The position numbers were made by a program, and so were the translations under genes. The notes beneath the pieces are model-generated. The model worked only from the letters and a program-made list of their open reading frames with translations. It did not search any database and was not told the DNA's origin. A stretch of 20,875 bases of DNA, taken from Candidatus Aenigmatarchaeota archaeon. GTDB lineage: Archaea; Aenigmatarchaeota; Aenigmatarchaeia; QMZP01; QMZT01. This document shows positions 15,921-20,875 of the stretch, in pieces. The DNA is taken from positions 1 through 20,875 of the forward strand of contig QMZT01000014.1 of assembly GCA_003663325.1 (NCBI GenBank), written 5' to 3'. Within the stretch, counting starts at the first letter, position 1. Each line of letters opens with the position of its first letter.

Positions 15921-16931
15921 CTACCCCTGTTGAGACTTAAGGGATATATGCACTATTTCTTCTGGCTCCTTAATAAGAGGCTTTCTTACAGCCTTCCTCA
16001 TCATCACAAGCCTTTTCTTAGACCCTGGAACAGAACCATCAACTAGTAAATACGTATTTGGGACAATACCATAACTAACGAATCCTCCTTTTGGAGATAT
16101 ACCACCATCACCTATCTTTAAAATCTTTTTATTATACTCTGTCCTGGTCTGGAAACCAAGCTGACCAGCCATAGCTACAGCTCCTGGAAGAACCCTTGCA
16201 GGTGTGCGTGGTGCAAGATTACCAATATGCCTCCTTTTCTTATTATGCTTTCTGCCCCTTATCTTAACTCCAAACCTCTTAACAACACCTTGATAACCTT
16301 TCCCTTTATCAACAGCCTTAACATCAACGTACTCCCCCTCATCAAACACATCTCTTATTGTTATTTGCTTACCAAGAACAGATCTTGCATACTCCCACTT
16401 CTTTTTGATATCATCCCCGCTAAGTGCAATCTCGAACAATTCCGGTTTCTTTTTCCCAATCCCAGATTCCTTTGGTACAGTATGAACAAGCAGTCTTATA
16501 TCGCTTGCCTTTTCTATTTCATTTTCTATCTCCTTGGCTTTATTCTTATCAATTTTCTTTGGCAGGTCAACCTTTCTTGCGAGATTTTTATCTAAATTTT
16601 CGGCCCATATAACGGTTTTTGTTTTCTTTCCATAGCCTCCCTTTTCATATACCTTTATCCCACAAACAATTACCGGAGGTATATCCAGCACAGTCACAGC
16701 CTTAACCACTTCTTGCCCATAGGTTGCTGAACCTTTTTTATTATCCTTAATACATACATGCAACATACCAGCTTTGTACCCGCAGAACGCAACGGGTTTA
16801 ACATCCTTAATAATACCGCTGATCCTTTCCAAATACTCCTCAGAGTAACTAAAGTTTTGATAGATCCTATTGGCTCTTTTCCTGGGCCAAAATGCCCTGG
16901 AACCAGCAACAGGCTTGTGCCCCTTAGCCAT
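15921..16931 (-). CDS. rpl3: 50S ribosomal protein uL3 (archaeal type)
   Basis: 'MAKGHKPVAGSRAFWPRKRA', 'FCGYKAGMLHV', 'KGKGYQGVVKRFGV' and 'TEYNKKILKIGDG' are all diagnostic for archaeal/eukaryotic L3. Confidence 0.95.
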   Translation of the reverse strand: MAKGHKPVAGSRAFWPRKRANRIYQNFSYSEEYLERISGIIKDVKPVAFCGYKAGMLHVCIKDNKKGSATYGQEVVKAVTVLDIPPVIVCGIKVYEKGGYGKKTKTVIWAENLDKNLARKVDLPKKIDKNKAKEIENEIEKASDIRLLVHTVPKESGIGKKKPELFEIALSGDDIKKKWEYARSVLGKQITIRDVFDEGEYVDVKAVDKGKGYQGVVKRFGVKIRGRKHNKKRRHIGNLAPRTPARVLPGAVAMAGQLGFQTRTEYNKKILKIGDGGISPKGGFVSYGIVPNTYLLVDGSVPGSKKRLVMMRKAVRKPLIKEPEEIVHISLKSQQG

Positions 16932-17051
16932 AATATCACTTTAATATCAATACATTTTAATTTTTATTATTCATAAGAACTTATTTAAGCTTTTTAATGA
17001 AATGCTGTTTGAATTTAAAACAATATTAATATCTATGCAATATTTATTAGT

Positions 17052-17972
17052 ATGCTCAGCATTGTGTTTTTGGGAACGGGCTCGGGTATACCAACAATCA
17101 GCCGTAATCATTCCTCTATATATTTACACTATGAAGGATGGCATGCATTGTGGGATTGCGGTGAGGGGACGCAGAGGCAATTATTGATAGCAGGAAAAAG
17201 CTACATGGCAATAGACCATATCTTCATTACCCATTGGCATGCAGATCATTGGGCAGGTATAATAGGTTTATTGCAAACGATGAACTTGGAAAAGAGGAGA
17301 AAACCACTATACATTTATGGTCCCGATGCAGAGAGATTTGTTGCAGATATCTTGGATATGGATTACTGGGGAATAAACTTTGAGGTTAGAGCTGTGCAGG
17401 TGCCTTATGAAGGCAGCGAGATAAAAAAGATATATGAGGGCAAGGGGTTTGATGTTTTTTCCATACCAACAAAGCATTCTATACCAAGTGTAGCATATTG
17501 CTTTAAGGAAAGGGACAGGTGGAATGTTGATATAAAAAAGGCTGAAAGGCTTTACGGGCTGAAGCAAAGCCCAATAGTAGGCAGGCTAAAGAAATATGGA
17601 GAAATTGTCTTTAAAGGAAAGAAGATAAGGCTAGAGGATGTTGCAACCCTTAGAAAAGGGATAAAAGTGGTATATACTGGGGACACAGAACCTTGTGATA
17701 ATATAGTAAGGCTCGCAAAGGACGCTGACATACTTATCCATGACTCAACATTTACAGAGCAGGTTGAGGATAGGATGCATTCTGGGGCTAAGGAGGCCGG
17801 GGAAATAGCAAAAAAGTCAAATGTTAGGCTGCTTGTCCTTACACACTTCTCCAGAAAATACACAAATGCAAACATATTGGAAAAGGAAGCCAAAAAGATT
17901 TTTCCTAACGTAAGGGCTGCAAGAGATTTTATGAAGGTATACTTCAGGAAGGGGGAAATAATTATTAAATAG
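17052..17972 (+). CDS. rnz: ribonuclease Z (tRNA 3'-processing endonuclease, short form)
   Basis: 'MLSIVFLGTGSGIPT' and 'ITHWHADHWAGIIGLL' (HxHxDH) match the ElaC/RNase Z family, and the length is typical. Confidence 0.9.
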   Translation: MLSIVFLGTGSGIPTISRNHSSIYLHYEGWHALWDCGEGTQRQLLIAGKSYMAIDHIFITHWHADHWAGIIGLLQTMNLEKRRKPLYIYGPDAERFVADILDMDYWGINFEVRAVQVPYEGSEIKKIYEGKGFDVFSIPTKHSIPSVAYCFKERDRWNVDIKKAERLYGLKQSPIVGRLKKYGEIVFKGKKIRLEDVATLRKGIKVVYTGDTEPCDNIVRLAKDADILIHDSTFTEQVEDRMHSGAKEAGEIAKKSNVRLLVLTHFSRKYTNANILEKEAKKIFPNVRAARDFMKVYFRKGEIIIK

Positions 17973-18602
17973 CTATTTAACTGTTATAACAAGCTGCTTT
18001 TCCGCTCCCCATATCTTATCTGTTGGTGTATCCTCGTTGCATTCATCATACCTCGGAACCTCACCACCACTATCGTAGCATGCATATACATTAAACATAT
18101 ATGTGCCCTTGGGTGTATTTGCAGGTGTCTTTATCTCCAACCAAAACTCTCCTGTGTGACCTATTTTTATAGGCTTCTTTGTTTTATCCCATGTGAGCCA
18201 ACTTGTCATAAATTCCTCTAATGTAATGCCGCCACCCCCTGCAAGCTCACATTCACTTATATCCCCTTCTGGACAAACATTTGGGCTTGCAGCAGAAGGA
18301 ACGACATTTATTACAAATCTATGATCTTGACCGTCAGCTGCGTTATTTTTAATCCCACCCAGCATTCTTATACCTTTTCCTGCCTCTAATTCGTAACTGC
18401 TAGGGAAGATTGCAAAATTCTCACCAGTGCCGCCAAAGGTACGTTGCAATTCATTCCTTGCCTGCTGCGTTAGATCTGTTGTTAGTCCGCTAATATTAAT
18501 TATAACACCACGTAACCACCAAATGGCAAGACTTAACAGAACAATAGCAAAAACAACGGCTATTATAAATCCCAAACTCATCTGTATTGCTCCACTTCTC
18601 AT
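17973..18602 (-). CDS. secreted/pilin-like protein with putative class III (type IV prepilin-like) signal peptide
   Basis: The N-terminus 'MRSGAIQMSLGFIIAVVFAIVLLSLAIWW' is a short charged region, then 'QMSLGF' (cf. archaeal pilin QxSxEF), then a ~20-aa hydrophobic helix. The C-terminal region has four Cys. TATATAAA at 18626-18633 lies ~25-30 nt upstream of the ATG. Confidence 0.5.
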   Translation of the reverse strand: MRSGAIQMSLGFIIAVVFAIVLLSLAIWWLRGVIINISGLTTDLTQQARNELQRTFGGTGENFAIFPSSYELEAGKGIRMLGGIKNNAADGQDHRFVINVVPSAASPNVCPEGDISECELAGGGGITLEEFMTSWLTWDKTKKPIKIGHTGEFWLEIKTPANTPKGTYMFNVYACYDSGGEVPRYDECNEDTPTDKIWGAEKQLVITVK

Positions 18603-18665
18603 AATTTAATTTTATGCCAACTCCTATATAAATATTGATTGCCTCTTGCCCTAAGCTGGCTTCCT

Positions 18666-19613
18666 TTATTTTTCTATCTTGCTGTTGATCTTTTTGAACA
18701 ACTCTGCATAATACTTTTCAACATCAACCTCCCTCTTCCCTTCCGTTATCTCCTTTCTCCACATCTCTAGAAAGAAATTCTCTAAGCCGTAAAATTCAGC
18801 CGAGGTTAAAATATCCTTATTAAGGGATTGTGCTAAGCTGAACACATCTTTCATTCGCTCTTTATAATCAATATCCCTAAGGATATGATGCTCCAAAATA
18901 ATCACCCTTGCATTTGTATTTTCAATGGCCTTCATAAGGTTTTGTTTAGAATTCTCAAAGTTCGAAGCCTTCATTCTCCATCCCAAAAAGATCGTGGGAT
19001 AGCCATCTATTATCGCAAACTCGGGGTTTTTCTTTAGAAACCATGACAAAGCATCAGGATCTGCCAAGCTCTGGGCATCGCTTCCGAACAAAAAAGAGCT
19101 TTCACAATCCTTTATATAAACCATTATAACCTTTCCAACCCTGCTACCAACATCCCCATGCCAAACAGCATGGGAGAATTCTATTTCTGTTTCTCCAAAT
19201 ACAGCCTTTGTTCCATCAGCCCAGCTGAGCTTTTTAACCAGCCCTTTTACATTATTCTCAAACACCCTTCCCCTACTCTTTCCAGATGCATTAATATTTT
19301 TAAGCCTGTCCTTAGCAAACACAATCTTTCCTTTAAAGCAAGCTTCATACATCTCCTTGTCTTCAGGAAAGGGGTGGTGGTCGTAATGATAATGGCTAAC
19401 AACAACTATATGTGCATACCTGCTGCATACCTCCATTATCTTCTCTCTTGCCAACCTTAATGCATACTCTTCAGCCTCTGTCGGTAAAAGTCCGTATCTC
19501 TTTGGCCCTAAAGCAACACCAGGATCTATGTATACGTTAACATCCTTTGTCATAATTAGTGTGGACATGCTTCTTACTCCAAAAGAATCAAAGGCTATTG
19601 GGATGATCTTCAT
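18666..19613 (-). CDS. metallo-beta-lactamase-fold hydrolase, archaeal COG2248/UPF0282-like (paralog 2)
   Basis: Contains 'SHYHYDHH', 'FDSFGVRSMST..DPG' and 'AVWHGDVGSRVGKVIMV', matching 'PLWHGVEGTNLGKVIMV' in paralog 1. Confidence 0.85.
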   Translation of the reverse strand: MKIIPIAFDSFGVRSMSTLIMTKDVNVYIDPGVALGPKRYGLLPTEAEEYALRLAREKIMEVCSRYAHIVVVSHYHYDHHPFPEDKEMYEACFKGKIVFAKDRLKNINASGKSRGRVFENNVKGLVKKLSWADGTKAVFGETEIEFSHAVWHGDVGSRVGKVIMVYIKDCESSFLFGSDAQSLADPDALSWFLKKNPEFAIIDGYPTIFLGWRMKASNFENSKQNLMKAIENTNARVIILEHHILRDIDYKERMKDVFSLAQSLNKDILTSAEFYGLENFFLEMWRKEITEGKREVDVEKYYAELFKKINSKIEK

Positions 19614-19669
19614 AAAAATAATTTTGCAAGAGCTAATAAAATTTTTACCTTCCAGAGTTTAAAGCCGGC

Positions 19670-20125
19670 CTACCACCTATACCAATATCCGATCCTCACA
19701 TCCTTGGGCTTATCAAATCTCGGCACATAAGGCTTTATGTCCAGAACAGGAGAATTGTTTATCGCATCCAACCCTTTAACGTGCAGCTCATTTCCTTCAA
19801 TCTTTATTAATTTTACCAATCTCAAGGCTATAGGATTTGGTCTGTATTGACTTCTTGAGGCAAATACACCAACCACAGGCAAGCCTTTAATACTTTTTGG
19901 ACCAGGATAGGTTAGTAATTCAATTTTCTTAACCCCATGCAAAAAATAGATGACAAAGATGTGTGAAAATCTCTCCAAGCCCTTTAACCCCCTTCCGAAC
20001 TTTTTGTTAATTACTATTTTCGATCTTATCTCACTATCCAAACCCTTCTCGCATGCAGATATTATACTACGTGGATCCTTAAAGCTTGATACAACAAATC
20101 CAATAGGCTCAAGATTTATCTCCAT
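19670..20125 (-). CDS. TsaA/YaeB (TrmO-like, UPF0066) family protein
   Basis: 'EPIGFVVSSFKD', 'GLKGLERFSHIFVIYFLH' and 'LDIKPY' match the TrmO N-terminal domain (PIG.V.S.F, GLE.FSHL.V.F.FH, LDIKPY). Confidence 0.7.
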   Translation of the reverse strand: MEINLEPIGFVVSSFKDPRSIISACEKGLDSEIRSKIVINKKFGRGLKGLERFSHIFVIYFLHGVKKIELLTYPGPKSIKGLPVVGVFASRSQYRPNPIALRLVKLIKIEGNELHVKGLDAINNSPVLDIKPYVPRFDKPKDVRIGYWYRW

Positions 20126-20201
20126 ATATTTTATTGGGGCCGATCGATTTTAATAAGCTTGTTAAAAAATAAAAAAGAAAAAAGCTTGTGTAGCTAAGTA
20201 A

Positions 20202-20657
20202 TCAAAAATCAGGGAACTCACTGAATACTTCAATATATGCTCTCGCTGTCTCTGGGTGTAACTTTATGCTGCGCTTTTCTAGCTCATATAAACCTCTTAC
20301 CATTTCCTCTACCCTTTCCCATACTGGATGGTTATAAAGCTCTGAACCGCTCACACCACTTTCTTTAGCCTTTTTTATTGCTGTTAACGTATCTTCTGCA
20401 ACTCCACGCAAATGATGGTTTAGTGCAGTTTCCATTAATTCTTCCTTTCTTGTGGCAACATGTATTCTGTATACTGTTAGGAACCATTCCCAGCCAGTCT
20501 CGTGCTCTTTGCTTGCTATTGTCCTCAAAGCTTCATCTGTAAAATGTTTTGTGGCCTCGACATTACCTTGGCTAGCAAACTGCTCTGCTCGTTCAAGCAT
20601 ATCTTCAGGATCTTCTGTACCTAATAGCGGATAGCCTGTAAATCTTTCAGCTATCAT
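20202..20657 (-). CDS. hypothetical helical protein (about 150-168 aa)
   Basis: Clean ORF. The track start GTG 20708 lies in an A-rich tract. Plausible ATG starts are 20705 and 20657. No recognisable motif. Confidence 0.45.
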   Translation of the reverse strand: MIAERFTGYPLLGTEDPEDMLERAEQFASQGNVEATKHFTDEALRTIASKEHETGWEWFLTVYRIHVATRKEELMETALNHHLRGVAEDTLTAIKKAKESGVSGSELYNHPVWERVEEMVRGLYELEKRSIKLHPETARAYIEVFSEFPDF

Positions 20658-20819
20658 ATTACCATCTATTAATAGTAAATATTTACATTTAAAAAATCTT
20701 TTCATCACATTGTTAAATGCAAAGCTTAGAATAAAAAATAAAAAAAAGAAATAAAAAGAAAAATAATTTTCGTTACTCTGGATTAGAGAATTTTTCTACA
20801 CAAAGGAGGTCGGTGTGGA

Positions 20820-20875
20820 ATGAGGTTGGAGAGCAGAGAGGATATAAAGAGAAGAATAGAGGAATATTTTGATAG
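20820..20875 (+). CDS. 5' end of an unidentified CDS (MRLESREDIKRRIEEYFD...) running off the window
   Basis: ATG 20820 is preceded by AAGGAGGT (20803-20810), a strong Shine-Dalgarno at -9, and by a long A-rich tract. Only 18 codons are visible. Confidence 0.35.
   Translation, partial: MRLESREDIKRRIEEYFD

Noticed and set aside
16227-16976. Plus-strand ORFs antisense to rpl3.
   Set aside because: They are shadow ORFs of a highly conserved ribosomal protein gene.
1-20875. Looked for CRISPR arrays, IS elements/transposases and rRNA genes.
   Set aside because: There are no regularly spaced 25-40 bp direct repeats, no DDE/HTH transposase-like ORFs and no rRNA-like conserved blocks. The only multi-copy short repeats are the operator-like arrays listed as features.

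Overview
This 20.9-kb window is AT-rich and archaeal. It carries an archaeal-type uL3 starting MAKGH..PRKRA, FtsY, TatA/TatC, a Fap7-like kinase, RNase Z, a COG2248-type metallo-beta-lactamase (MBL) fold hydrolase (two paralogs) and an archaeal-type tRNA. Most of it is densely packed housekeeping genes on both strands. TATA boxes sit about 25-30 nt upstream of several ATGs, which suggests leaderless transcripts. One gene near the window end has an AAGGAGGT Shine-Dalgarno site. Features I can support, in order: dapF; a decayed, frameshifted bacterial-type sugar-transferase remnant; a HEPN-like/minimal-nucleotidyltransferase toxin-antitoxin-like pair with a dense palindromic operator array; the two COG2248 paralogs; a Fap7/AK6 P-loop kinase fused to a DUF359 (archaeal GTP-dependent dephospho-CoA kinase) domain; ftsY; a membrane-embedded spermidine-synthase-like protein; tatA-tatC; a tRNA-Glu(CUC) whose T-loop is interrupted by a ~71-nt structured insert (putative non-canonical intron); an SPFH/band-7 protein; a long-form LeuA-family synthase; a 1263-aa membrane-anchored S8 subtilase with a CUB-like insertion between the catalytic Asp and His, a very high density of N-glycosylation sequons, Cys-rich repeats and a CARDB-like domain; a PAP2 phosphatase translationally abutting rpl3 (uL3); RNase Z; a class-III-signal-peptide pilin-like protein; a TrmO-like protein; and several hypotheticals. 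I found no CRISPR array, IS element or rRNA. The region I rate most worth follow-up is 940-2385: gene remnant plus TA module plus operator. The intron-containing tRNA, the kinase fusion and the unusual protease architecture follow.
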